Assembly (NCBI GenBank): GCA_965116495.1 | Contig: OZ220696.1 | Coordinates: 448,001-512,000, forward strand | DNA length: 64,000 nt | Origin: Gammaproteobacteria bacterium | GTDB lineage: Bacteria > Pseudomonadota > Gammaproteobacteria > Eutrophobiales > Eutrophobiaceae | Reading direction: 5' to 3' | In this document: piece after piece, positions 19,796 to 29,152 of the stretch | Layout: every line of letters starts with the position of its first letter | Position numbering within the stretch: position 1 is the stretch's first letter | Program-made: the position numbers and the translations under genes | Notes under the pieces: generated by a model | Told to the model about the DNA's origin: nothing | The model's input: only the letters and a program-made list of their open reading frames with translations | Databases searched by the model: none

Positions 19796-21322
19796 ATGGG
19801 TGTGAGTGAAAGTGTGGTCAAGCTCTTCCGGGGACAAGTCCAAGCTCTTCCCGGGACAGATTTAAATCTGTCCCCCTTTGCCGGGTTTGGGATAAGGAAA
19901 TCCCTCTTACATTGGCTACTGTTTGCCGGCGTTCTCCAGTTCTTTACCGGTTTCGGCCAGGTATGGGCCGGAGAAGTCCTGGCATTGACCGGCGGCAGGA
20001 TTATTGACGGTAACGGCGGCGCCCCGCTGGAAGATGCTGCAATCGTTATCCAGGGTTCGAAGATTACCGCAATCGGTCCCGCATCCGTCGTCCCGGCAAA
20101 CGCGCGCGTAGTGGACCTTGCCGGCAAGACTCTCTTGCCGGGTCTCATTGATGCGCATATCCACATCGGCGGCAGCGGTGGCGGGTCGGCAGACCCGCGT
20201 GAATTCACCCCCACTGCTGTTGAAAACAGCCTCAAGAGTTACCTGAAGTTCGGCGTGACCAGTGTTTACGATATGGCCGCGCATCCCAGCCTCAATTCCA
20301 TGAAAACAGCGCTGGAGACCGGTGAGCTGACGGGTCCGAGGTTGTACGGTAACGGGTTTGGTATCACCGCCCCCGGCTCGCATCCCATCCGCCTGATCAC
20401 TGAACTCGGACTCCTCGACTACCTGGGCCCTTTCTATTTCCAGGTTGACAGCGTGGCAGATGCTGAAGAGGCGGTGCGCAGTATCAGTGCGGAGCAGGTT
20501 GATGGCATCAAGCTGTTCCACTCACGCGTCGAAGCCGGGACCACTCGGTTTGACGCCGATATGGACAAGTTAAAGCCCGATATCCTCCACACATTGATTG
20601 AGGAAGCCCACGCCCGCAGTCTGAAGGTTTATGCGCATACGTCATTTTCCAGCGAGGCCAGCGAATTTGTTGAAGCCGGCGGCGACGTTGTCGTGCATAG
20701 CATACATATGGCCGAGACCGGCGCCCGGGACGTATTCGAATTGATGGCCGAACGTGAAGTTGCCTATATTCCGACCCTCGCCGTGTTTGAAGGCGGCTAT
20801 ACAAGGAAACCCGACTCTTTTGCTTCCCCACATCTTCATGACAAGGTATGGGATGTCCTGCTCGCGTCGATCACCGCTCCGGGCAGCGTGGTCCTGGCTT
20901 CCCGGAATGTGCCCGGTCTCCTCAATGACAGGGAGCGCAGCCTGGAAATCTCAATGGCAAACCTGGAGCGGGCGCTGCAGGCGGGCGTCATGATCGCAAT
21001 GGGTAGTGATGCGGGCAATGCCGGGATGCTGCACGGCGCGACAGTATTGCGCGAACTGCAGTTGATGAACGAAGCGGGCATGACGCCGATGCAGGTGCTC
21101 ATGGCTGCCACCCGCAACGGGGCGGAGGTCATCGGCCGGGGAGAGGAACTGGGCACTCTCGAGGCCGGCAAGCTGGCTGATATCATCGTCGTCAACGGCG
21201 ACCCGTTGCAGGACCTGTCTGCCCTGGGCAATGTCGAACTGGTAGTGAAAAATGGCAAGATCATCAACCCCGGGGAACTGGAGTTCAAGGAAGTACCACA
21301 ACCAACTGGGGACGGATTTTAA
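19796..21322 (+). CDS. Metal-dependent amidohydrolase, probably secreted
   Basis: LPGLIDAHIH, GVTSVYD, GIKL, KVYAH, MGSDAG, GTLEAGKLADIIVV; hydrophobic signal-like segment ending VWA. Confidence 0.88.
   Translation: MGVSESVVKLFRGQVQALPGTDLNLSPFAGFGIRKSLLHWLLFAGVLQFFTGFGQVWAGEVLALTGGRIIDGNGGAPLEDAAIVIQGSKITAIGPASVVPANARVVDLAGKTLLPGLIDAHIHIGGSGGGSADPREFTPTAVENSLKSYLKFGVTSVYDMAAHPSLNSMKTALETGELTGPRLYGNGFGITAPGSHPIRLITELGLLDYLGPFYFQVDSVADAEEAVRSISAEQVDGIKLFHSRVEAGTTRFDADMDKLKPDILHTLIEEAHARSLKVYAHTSFSSEASEFVEAGGDVVVHSIHMAETGARDVFELMAEREVAYIPTLAVFEGGYTRKPDSFASPHLHDKVWDVLLASITAPGSVVLASRNVPGLLNDRERSLEISMANLERALQAGVMIAMGSDAGNAGMLHGATVLRELQLMNEAGMTPMQVLMAATRNGAEVIGRGEELGTLEAGKLADIIVVNGDPLQDLSALGNVELVVKNGKIINPGELEFKEVPQPTGDGF
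19853..19874. repeat. Perfect 22-bp palindrome (REP-like), preceded by an 18-19-bp near-tandem duplication
   Basis: gggacagattt|aaatctgtccc; caagctcttcc(g/c)gggaca occurs twice within 19819-19858. Confidence 0.75.
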
Positions 21323-21406
21323 GCATGCCCCCGCATGTTAGAAGTTGAGTGTTATTCTTGAATAGTGGTAATTAATATTTAAATATCAAATATATAATAT
21401 ATATAA

Positions 21407-22177
21407 TTAAAGTAATCTATTAATACTTTTGCTTAATTGTGCGAATATAAACTTGGGGAAAAACCGGCTCATGAACCAGAGCTGGTTAGCCACGCCAATG
21501 CGAATTTCGTAGTTATCTTTTGCAAAATCTTTCAGGAACGCCGCAACCATTTTTTCTACGGGCATTATCGGAACGCCTTTAATATCTTCTTCATCAAAGC
21601 CTCCTAACATCCCTGTTTCGGTAAGAGGAGGGGCCAGTTCGAAGACCTTGATTGCTGTATTCCTTAATTGCGCTCTCAATGACAATGTATATGAGTGAAT
21701 GGCGGCCTTGGTCGAGCAATATACCGGAGTAATCGGCAGGGGGACAAATGCCAGCCCGGAGGTAACATTGACGATTGCAGGGTTGTTGTTGTGCCGTAAT
21801 AGCGGCAGAAAGGCGTTGTTCATCAACATGGTCCCTTTTAGGTTAATATCGATTTCCTGCGTCAGATATGTTGCGGAAAGGTTGCCGTTACGCAGGTTGA
21901 GCGTTTGCATGATGCCTGCATTATTGATCAGTATATTTAGATCGGGATAGTCTTTTACGGCCTCTTGGTGGAGTTTTTCTACGTCGCCGGGGTTACTGAC
22001 GTCATTCCTGATTATCGTCACACCTCCCAGTTGTTGTTTCGCGTCCTGGAGTTTGTTCTCATCCCGCCCCGTGATAACGACCTTATTGCCCTTTAGTAAA
22101 AACTGCCTGGCCATCTCAAAACCGATACCGCTCGAACCGCCGGTAATCAGGATGGTATTACCGGATAATTTCATCAC
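21407..22177 (-). CDS. Short-chain dehydrogenase (DltE-like)
   Basis: TGGSSGIG, NNAG, YCSTK; lower GC than its neighbours. Confidence 0.9.
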   Translation of the reverse strand: MMKLSGNTILITGGSSGIGFEMARQFLLKGNKVVITGRDENKLQDAKQQLGGVTIIRNDVSNPGDVEKLHQEAVKDYPDLNILINNAGIMQTLNLRNGNLSATYLTQEIDINLKGTMLMNNAFLPLLRHNNNPAIVNVTSGLAFVPLPITPVYCSTKAAIHSYTLSLRAQLRNTAIKVFELAPPLTETGMLGGFDEEDIKGVPIMPVEKMVAAFLKDFAKDNYEIRIGVANQLWFMSRFFPKFIFAQLSKSINRLL

Positions 22178-23382
22178 TAACTCCCGGTCCAGGCACGCAG
22201 GGTCCTGACAGCCACTTCATTTTCGATTTCCTCGGGGACATGTTGTGGACCTGCCGGCAATGATTGACTATTTGTCGCGAGATAGGCCAGGGACAGGGAT
22301 TGCAGGGCCAGGCCCAGGTCCATGATTTCGATGGGGTTGCCGTCGCCGGCGCTCAGGTTAATACTGTTACCTCTGCCCAACAGGTAAACGACTTTACCGT
22401 TGCCCAGTTTGAATTTCTGGATATCCGGCATGATTTGGTGTGGTTCGGAGGCCAGTGCGCGCAGGCCGGGCAGGTCGATCTCGTTTTCAAATGCCCCGGC
22501 GTTGCATATTACGGCGCCATCCTTCATTAGCGCCAGGTGACCCTGTTTGAGTGCTCCCGGTCTGCCGGTGACGGTAATGACGATGTCACTGACCGGTAAC
22601 GCCTGCTCCAGTTCAGCCGTATGATAACCCTCCAGGTGCGCTTCCAAGCGCGTCAGGGGGTCGATATCGACTATGGTTACATGCGCCCCCAAGCCGCGCA
22701 AGGCGCGGGCGATACCCTGGCCGCAATAACCATAACCAATGACAGTTGCCCGCTTTCCGCCGATAAGCAGGTTGGAACAGCGCATAATGCCGTCGACAAC
22801 ACTCTGGCCGACGCCATAGCGGTTTTCGACAATGCGTTTTGCCCGGGTATCATTAATTATGAGGGTGGGGAAGATATGTTCATCAATGTCTTCCCGTAAG
22901 CGGAAACCGCCGGTGGTAGTTTCTTCGGTGGCGCCGATCAGCTTCGCCCTGGCGCCGGAAAAGTCCGGATTGGTATGCGCCAACACATGCAATTCTGCGC
23001 CATTATCGGCAATCAGGTCGGGTTCGGTGGATAACACCTTTGCCACGTAATCAAGGTGCTGGCTGGTGGTTTCACTTCTTTTGGCAAATACCCGGACGTT
23101 GTATTCTGCCACCAGCGCGGCAGCCACCTCATCCTGGGTGGTTCCGGGCCAGCCGGTGATTGCGACCTCCGCGCCGCCGCTGGTCAGTGCGTCCATCCAG
23201 ACGCCGGTCTTCGCTTCCACATGCAGGCAGATACCGATACGCATGCCTGTAAAAGGCCTGGTCCTGCTGAAGTCCTCTTTGATCCGGCCCAATACCGGCA
23301 TCCGTTCGCGTACCCAGTTTATTCGATCCAACCCTCGTTGCGCCAGTTCGATATCTTCAATTTCGTATGTAAAATCAGGCAT
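22177..23382 (-). CDS. Adenosylhomocysteinase (AhcY)-like protein, short archaeal-type form with atypical active site
   Basis: MPVL, CLHVEAKT, TTQD, EETTTG, NRYG, GYGYCGQG, EID, IMD; several catalytic positions are substituted (see findings). Confidence 0.82.
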   Translation of the reverse strand: MPDFTYEIEDIELAQRGLDRINWVRERMPVLGRIKEDFSRTRPFTGMRIGICLHVEAKTGVWMDALTSGGAEVAITGWPGTTQDEVAAALVAEYNVRVFAKRSETTSQHLDYVAKVLSTEPDLIADNGAELHVLAHTNPDFSGARAKLIGATEETTTGGFRLREDIDEHIFPTLIINDTRAKRIVENRYGVGQSVVDGIMRCSNLLIGGKRATVIGYGYCGQGIARALRGLGAHVTIVDIDPLTRLEAHLEGYHTAELEQALPVSDIVITVTGRPGALKQGHLALMKDGAVICNAGAFENEIDLPGLRALASEPHQIMPDIQKFKLGNGKVVYLLGRGNSINLSAGDGNPIEIMDLGLALQSLSLAYLATNSQSLPAGPQHVPEEIENEVAVRTLRAWTGS

Positions 23383-23392
23383 TTTTAACCTC

Positions 23393-23490
23393 TACCGTCG
23401 TTCCCGCGCAAGCGGGAATCCAGTCTGAAAATTTGCTTGATGATGTAGAGATTATAATACTGGATTCCTGCTTGCGCAGGAATGGCGGTA
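23393..23490. repeat. Composite palindromic element (GTCATTCCCGCG..GCGGGAATCCA type)
   Basis: 32-bp arms at 23393-23424 and 23459-23490 (4 mismatches). Each arm is itself a hairpin, with a compensatory change between the two. Confidence 0.85.
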
Positions 23491-23524
23491 AGCTTAGTTA
23501 CGGGTATCAGATTAATGAACGACA

Positions 23525-25048
23525 TCATAAGACGCGCCGGAGACCGGGTTTGCCGTACTCAACGACAAAACGCGCCAGGTCAAAGACTCCGGATTGCGCA
23601 TCCCTGACATTATCTACTGCGCGTGCGGTCGCCTGCCACTCCTTTGCACTGACTTCGTGTAACAGGTAGCCGCGTTTGTCCGGTTCATAAAGCTGTATCT
23701 GAGGGTTGCGAACCAGGTTGTCTGCTATGGGTTTGCCCATCTGGTGAGGCCAGTTGGCCGAGATGGAGGAAGACACAAACTCCACTCCCGGGAACCGTTC
23801 ACCCGGCGCTGTTGACAGGGCGCCGTCAATAGCCCAGAAAGAGTGCATATCGCCGCTGAGGATTACTGCCTGGCCGGCTTTGCTGCGCTTGATTGCGTCC
23901 ACGACCCTGTCCCTGTTGGCCGGGTAACCATCCCAGGAACCTGCAAAATTATAGGTTTTGCCGTCAATGTCCAGGTTGAACGGTGAAAACACGCTGGAGG
24001 AGGCGATCACGTTCCAGGGAGTGTTGTTTGCCAGGATATTATGCGTCAGCCAGTTCTCCTGCTCCTCACCCAGCATGCTGCGCTGGTCAGCGAACAGTTC
24101 AGGGCAACGTACCACGTAGTTGCCGAATCCATGGGGGGATCTGTCACCGGAGCATGGCATCTGCCTGGCGCGGAATTGGCGGGTGTCGAGGAAATTGACC
24201 TGCGCAAGTTCTCCTACCTGGATAGTGCGCCGGATGCGAAACCGGTTATCACCGGGGTTGCCGTAACCGCGGGTCGGCATGTGCTCATACCAGGCCTGGT
24301 AGGCCGCCGCCCGTATCGCCATGGTAGCCGGATCGGCATCAATTACCGCATCATGGTTATCAAGGGTGCAAAAGAAGGGCAACCAGGCATGAGCCTGTTG
24401 GAGGTTTTCATCGGTTTTGTACAGCGCGTGGCGGCGCCGGAAACCGTCAAGCGTCGGCGGCATGTCTTCGGTCTCGTGTCTGCGGAAGGTCTCACCGTAG
24501 GATGTTTCATAGATATAGTCGCCCAGGTGAACCACGAAGTCCGGGTCATCCGCAATGATATGGTTGTAAGCGACGAAAGAACCGTGCGTGTAGTTCTGGC
24601 AGGATGCGGTGACGAAGCGAATGGAAGCGGGATGACTACCGGCAGCGGGCAGGGTCTTTGTACGGCCCTTTGCCGAGGTGTATGAGCCTGCGTTGAACCG
24701 GTACCAGTACACTTGCCCCGGTTCCAGGTCCCGGATGTCGGCATGTACCGAATGGCCAAGCTGGGGGACAGCCGGTTCTGCACCACTCCTGACAAGTTGT
24801 TGCATGTCCTCATCCCGGAACAATTCCCAGTGCACCGGTATGACGTCCCGGCCAAGTCCGCCATCGGCAGCGAGCGGTTGCGGCGCGAGCCGGGTCCACA
24901 ACACCACCGAGTCATGCGTCACGTCGCCGGAGGCAATACCCAGGGTAAACGGGTTTCTGCCAAACCGAGCCTCTGCAACAAGCGGTGAGGAAACCTGTGC
25001 AGCGGCCAGTCCAAGGGTAGAGCTGATAATGAATTCCCGCCGTTTCAT
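23525..25048 (-). CDS. phoD: Alkaline phosphatase D family, Tat-exported
   Basis: KRREFI signal; PFTLGIASGD, LWTRL, SCQNY, HLGDYIYE, LDTRQFR, WDGY, LSGDMH. Confidence 0.9.
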   Translation of the reverse strand: MKRREFIISSTLGLAAAQVSSPLVAEARFGRNPFTLGIASGDVTHDSVVLWTRLAPQPLAADGGLGRDVIPVHWELFRDEDMQQLVRSGAEPAVPQLGHSVHADIRDLEPGQVYWYRFNAGSYTSAKGRTKTLPAAGSHPASIRFVTASCQNYTHGSFVAYNHIIADDPDFVVHLGDYIYETSYGETFRRHETEDMPPTLDGFRRRHALYKTDENLQQAHAWLPFFCTLDNHDAVIDADPATMAIRAAAYQAWYEHMPTRGYGNPGDNRFRIRRTIQVGELAQVNFLDTRQFRARQMPCSGDRSPHGFGNYVVRCPELFADQRSMLGEEQENWLTHNILANNTPWNVIASSSVFSPFNLDIDGKTYNFAGSWDGYPANRDRVVDAIKRSKAGQAVILSGDMHSFWAIDGALSTAPGERFPGVEFVSSSISANWPHQMGKPIADNLVRNPQIQLYEPDKRGYLLHEVSAKEWQATARAVDNVRDAQSGVFDLARFVVEYGKPGLRRVL

Positions 25049-25144
25049 CGCGTTATCATAGCAGGTAGAGTTTTACAGGCGTATGATCCGATCCAAATCC
25101 GGCTGGAACAGGCTTGCCGGGGAGCAGGTTAAGACGAATTTTAC

Positions 25145-25633
25145 ATGGTGATGACTATGTCGGCAAAACCCTTGGACGCAGCCAGGATGGAAGCGGTAAT
25201 GCGCGAATATTACGATGGCTGCAACGAGGCCGACCGGGAGAAGATAACGGGTTGTTTCATGCTCGATGCGGTGCACTATTTTCCACCCGGCATGTACGAA
25301 GGACCGTTCCGCGGCGCCGGGAAGATTGCCGAACGCTGGTGCGCAGCCGTGGAAAAGGGCGGTTCTTACTGGACCCTTGATGCCTTGTTGATCGATGCGG
25401 ATAAGGCCGAGGCGGTGATCGAGTGGAGCCACTTCAAAACGGGGCAGGGGACCGTTTTGCGCGGGGCGGAATGGGTGGTTTTTGACAGAGCATCAGGATT
25501 GATGCAGGAAATCCGGGCCTATTATGCGTCGCCGCAAGCGGCAGAACTGAAACGCCTGGAACTGGGTGGCTTCGATTACGAGGGGCGCGGTTACGAGATG
25601 GATTCTCCCAGGGATCGCTCAGCGGGCCAGTAG
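25145..25633 (+). CDS. NTF2/SnoaL-like protein
   Basis: YYDGCNEAD...F...AVHYFP...EAVIEW...RGAEW...EIRAYY pattern. Confidence 0.75.
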   Translation: MVMTMSAKPLDAARMEAVMREYYDGCNEADREKITGCFMLDAVHYFPPGMYEGPFRGAGKIAERWCAAVEKGGSYWTLDALLIDADKAEAVIEWSHFKTGQGTVLRGAEWVVFDRASGLMQEIRAYYASPQAAELKRLELGGFDYEGRGYEMDSPRDRSAGQ

Positions 25634-26656
25634 CCCTGCCAGTTGCTGGTGGCTGCCGATAATGCGGTAGGCCCCGGCCCCGCATAAACTGGCTGAGGTG
25701 CCGGCGCCCGTGAGCACTCCTATCGGCACGACACCCGCAGCGTGGCTCGCCTGCATATCGATCATACTGTCGCCCACGTAAATCGTATCGGCCGGATCGG
25801 CATCCATGCGACCCAGGCACTTCAGCATGCCTTCCGGATCGGGCTTGCGTTGTTCGACGTCAGCGCCGGTAACCACTGCGTCGAATAACCCGGCTACGCC
25901 CTGTTCATACAGTAAATCCAGCGATCTTTCTCCGGATCCCGTAACAATGCCGAGCCGGTATCCTGCGCTTTTTAATCCGGATAATGTCTCGGACACGCCG
26001 GGGAATGCGAGCGCATGGGCCTTGAATATATCAGGCCAGAGTTGCATGGCCCTGTCGTTCAGTTTATGGACCATGGCCGGGCGGTTCTCAACGGAGGCGG
26101 GTACTACCTGATGCCAATAGGAGATGCCGTTATTCAGCGTCTCATACATGACCGCTTTGGATACTTCCAGGCCGAATTCATCTCCGGTCGTTTTGGCAAG
26201 CAGGTAAAACGCGCCGACCGTGTCCACCAGCGTCCCGTCCAGGTCGAACAAAATGTTGCTTGTCCTGACAGGCTCGATGACATCCAGGCGCAGGCGGTCG
26301 CCATCGTCCAGGGATAAGTGCCGGCGCAGTGAGACGGAGGTAATAACTTCCACCTGGTCTTCAGGGTAACCGTTGATTTGCGGAAAGATAATCGCCCCGG
26401 TCACACGCCTGTTGATATGCACCGGATAACTCCGCGCATGACAGTTATTCCCGTCAGGGCTGTTTATGTCGATACCGTGCCTGTCCCTCAGCGATTGCCA
26501 GTTCGAGAGGGTCCGCTTGTCATCGATCTTTATGTTGAGGGTGCCGGGCCACGCCTCAATGCCCAGTTTCTCCAGGAATTGCTGTTTTGCGTGTGTAAGT
26601 TCGGTAAAACCCGCGGCTTGTCCTGTCCCGGTTACTACCCGGCCGGATAACTCCAA
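25619..26656 (-). CDS. Fusion of a CTP-dependent (archaeal-type, DUF120) riboflavin kinase domain and a HAD phosphatase
   Basis: N-terminal GRVVTGTGQAAGF, LGIEAWPGTLN, EVI...LRRHLSLDDGD; C-terminal FDLDGTLVD, GIVTG, KPDPEG, YVGDSMID. Confidence 0.85.
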   Translation of the reverse strand: MELSGRVVTGTGQAAGFTELTHAKQQFLEKLGIEAWPGTLNIKIDDKRTLSNWQSLRDRHGIDINSPDGNNCHARSYPVHINRRVTGAIIFPQINGYPEDQVEVITSVSLRRHLSLDDGDRLRLDVIEPVRTSNILFDLDGTLVDTVGAFYLLAKTTGDEFGLEVSKAVMYETLNNGISYWHQVVPASVENRPAMVHKLNDRAMQLWPDIFKAHALAFPGVSETLSGLKSAGYRLGIVTGSGERSLDLLYEQGVAGLFDAVVTGADVEQRKPDPEGMLKCLGRMDADPADTIYVGDSMIDMQASHAAGVVPIGVLTGAGTSASLCGAGAYRIIGSHQQLAGLLAR

Positions 26657-26657
26657 G

Positions 26658-27122
26658 TCAATACGTCTCCTTTTGTATTTCAGCGGCGCGATGAATCGCG
26701 GCGCGGATGCGCTGGTACGTCCCGCAACGGCAGATATTGCCGGACATGGCCTGGTCGATATCGGAGTCAGATGGCGCAGGATTATCCGTCAGCAGGGCGG
26801 CGGCGGACATCAGTTGTCCCGACTGGCAATAACCGCACTGGGGCACCTGCAATTCCAGCCAGGCCTGCTGTACGGGGTGATAACCGTCTTTGGCCAGGTG
26901 TTCGATAGTGGTAACTTTCTTGCGGCCTATACTGCTCGCGGGGAGCACGCAGGAGCGCATGGGATTGCCGTCAACGTGAACGGTGCAGGCGCCGCACTGG
27001 GCTATTCCGCAACCGAACTTGGTGCCGGTCAGGCCGATCTCGTCCCGCAGCACCCACAACAGCGGCGTGTCCGCTTCGACGTCAACTTCATATTGCCGGT
27101 CATTAATGTTGAGTTTAATCAT
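26658..27122 (-). CDS. (2Fe-2S)-binding small subunit of a molybdenum oxidoreductase (IorA/CoxS-like)
   Basis: [36 protein letters not shown]. Confidence 0.93.
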   Translation of the reverse strand: MIKLNINDRQYEVDVEADTPLLWVLRDEIGLTGTKFGCGIAQCGACTVHVDGNPMRSCVLPASSIGRKKVTTIEHLAKDGYHPVQQAWLELQVPQCGYCQSGQLMSAAALLTDNPAPSDSDIDQAMSGNICRCGTYQRIRAAIHRAAEIQKETY

Positions 27123-27215
27123 GTCTTTTCTGCACCAGGGTTACACCAGGAAGTGGACTCCGCACAATATAATCCAGAAATTGATATTTTTGTATCGTTT
27201 TTTACCTGTTGCCGG

Positions 27216-28847
27216 TTATTCCGGATCAACACATGCAAAGTTCTCATGCGCATCGATACTGCCGGTCCCGCGGTACCTGGAAACCTGGGGGTAGGCGCAT
27301 AACGGGCGCGTCCTGGTCACTTTGCCCTGTTCTACCCGGTGGCCTGTAAGGTCCCGCGGTATGGCATCGCCTTCCACCCAGTTGATCAGCGGCGTCATCA
27401 AATCGAACCGGTCCACGTTCACCCCGCCGTTGCAATGGTGCATGCCGGGGACCAGGTACAGTTGCAGAAACCCGGAAATTTCATCGCCCAGCAGTGCGGC
27501 TACTTCATGGTAATACTCGACGGTGCGCATGGGGTTGATGCCGAAATCGGCCCAGCCGTGGTAGATTATCATTTTTCCGCCACGCCGCTGGAAGGGCCTG
27601 AGATCGGGGTCGGTCGCATTGAAAATCAGCCCTGATTGCAGCGTGCGCGGGTAGTCCCGTTCCGGATCCAGTTCCCGCCAGTCCCGGTCGGCGTCATCCG
27701 TTTCGAATGCAAGGTACTCGAACCAGGACTTGACGATATACGATTGCCCCAGTCCGCCTTTACTGTCGGGGACTGCGCGCCCGTCCCACGCCGATTGCGG
27801 CGCAACCGGTGTATAGGTACCGTCGGTGTAGGCGAGGCCCGGAAACTCGCCGCCGATGACGGTGCGGGGATAGATTTGCGTCTTCCCGATAAAGGTGGGC
27901 CCGTAGATGACTGCGAGGGTATTGATTTCATCCTGCGTGAACCCCTGCTGCGTTTCCTTCATACGGGGTAAATCCCGTTGCGGGTCGAAGTCCACGGCCG
28001 GCGGGTTCCCGATAACGCCGTCTGTTACCCCGTCAGCTTCATCATAGCGCGTGAGGATAATGTCACCCAACAGTTCAAGTTTTTCCCGGGACAGGGGAGC
28101 GTCGGCAACCGCCTCCTGGACATTCCGGTATTGCCAGATCATCTCCCTGAGGCTAAACACAGGCGCGCCGGCAAGGATACCGTCGAAATCGGCCGGGAAA
28201 CGTTGCGCCTCGTTAAACCCCTGCAAACCGCCGGTCGAGCAGCCGTCAAAATAAGAATACCCCGGCGCCTTCCCGTAGTATGCCGCGGCAAGGTTTTTTG
28301 CCGTCAGCGCAGTCAAATGCACCGCACGGAACCCGAAATCGATCTCTTTCTGCAGGTTATTGTGCGCCCAGGTGCCGCCTCGCTCCGTGGCCGCGTCGTG
28401 ACCGGTGTTGGTAAACGCCGCCGCAAATCCATGCCGCGCCGCCTTCAGCCGCGCCATGTGGCCGGCCTCGTCATCCAGCGCTTCCCCTGCATAACCCCCG
28501 TTGCCGTGCATGTACAGACGTCCGTTCCAACGGGCGGGCAGGTAGACGATGTAGCGGACTTCGGGGCTGATCACCCCCCGCACCACGCACAGATCCGGGC
28601 TGCCGGCTGCTGCCGGTGACAGGGTGGCGGATACTACGCTGTTATCCGCGTCGGAAACATGGATGAGGTCTCCGCAGCCTATACGTGGTTGCGTTACTTC
28701 GGGTGCGGTGTAATCGATACGGGATTGTTCCGCATCAAGAAAGCTCGAACCGTTCGCGGTCGGGGTCGCCGGCGCGCCAGGTGTGAAAAAAAGCACTGCA
28801 AGCGCCGCCGCGACGGACCGGATGGTAAGCTTGCAGGGAAATCTCAT
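27216..28847 (-). CDS. Tannase/feruloyl esterase-family hydrolase, secreted
   Basis: GNGGYAG, GCSTGG, FDGILAGAP, YHGWAD, PGMHHC, RPLCAYP (CS-D-HC motif). The start is approximate. Confidence 0.9.
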   Translation of the reverse strand: MRFPCKLTIRSVAAALAVLFFTPGAPATPTANGSSFLDAEQSRIDYTAPEVTQPRIGCGDLIHVSDADNSVVSATLSPAAAGSPDLCVVRGVISPEVRYIVYLPARWNGRLYMHGNGGYAGEALDDEAGHMARLKAARHGFAAAFTNTGHDAATERGGTWAHNNLQKEIDFGFRAVHLTALTAKNLAAAYYGKAPGYSYFDGCSTGGLQGFNEAQRFPADFDGILAGAPVFSLREMIWQYRNVQEAVADAPLSREKLELLGDIILTRYDEADGVTDGVIGNPPAVDFDPQRDLPRMKETQQGFTQDEINTLAVIYGPTFIGKTQIYPRTVIGGEFPGLAYTDGTYTPVAPQSAWDGRAVPDSKGGLGQSYIVKSWFEYLAFETDDADRDWRELDPERDYPRTLQSGLIFNATDPDLRPFQRRGGKMIIYHGWADFGINPMRTVEYYHEVAALLGDEISGFLQLYLVPGMHHCNGGVNVDRFDLMTPLINWVEGDAIPRDLTGHRVEQGKVTRTRPLCAYPQVSRYRGTGSIDAHENFACVDPE

Positions 28848-28900
28848 GGCTAATATCTTAAGCTTTGGGAATCCTGCTTTCAACTCTGTCCTGGGGTGAA

Positions 28901-28985
28901 GGGGTCAGGTCGCACATTGCACACATTCTCAAAGGCTCATATTCATTCCTTCGTATGCAATGTGTGCAATGTGCGACCTGACCCC
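28901..28985. repeat. REPIN-like inverted repeat with 27-bp perfect arms
   Basis: ggggtcaggtcgcacattgcacacatt ... aatgtgtgcaatgtgcgacctgacccc; sibling at 59786-59868; followed by a tandem tgaccccatcaccc. Confidence 0.9.
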
Positions 28986-29152
28986 ATCACCCGTGACCCC
29001 ATCACCCCGGCCGGGTGTCAGGTTTATTTGATATGTAAAAAACAGGTATTATGGTCAAATCAACATATGCCGGAAACGGGGTCAGCATTCAGTTTTGTTC
29101 CACCGGAACCTTTCCGGAATATTGTGCAGTTTAATACAAACCAGGGTATCTC

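Noticed and set aside
23393-23490. SAH or SAM riboswitch upstream of the AhcY-like gene
   Set aside because: The structure is a symmetrical repeat element and lacks riboswitch consensus features I can recognise; an Rfam scan would settle it.
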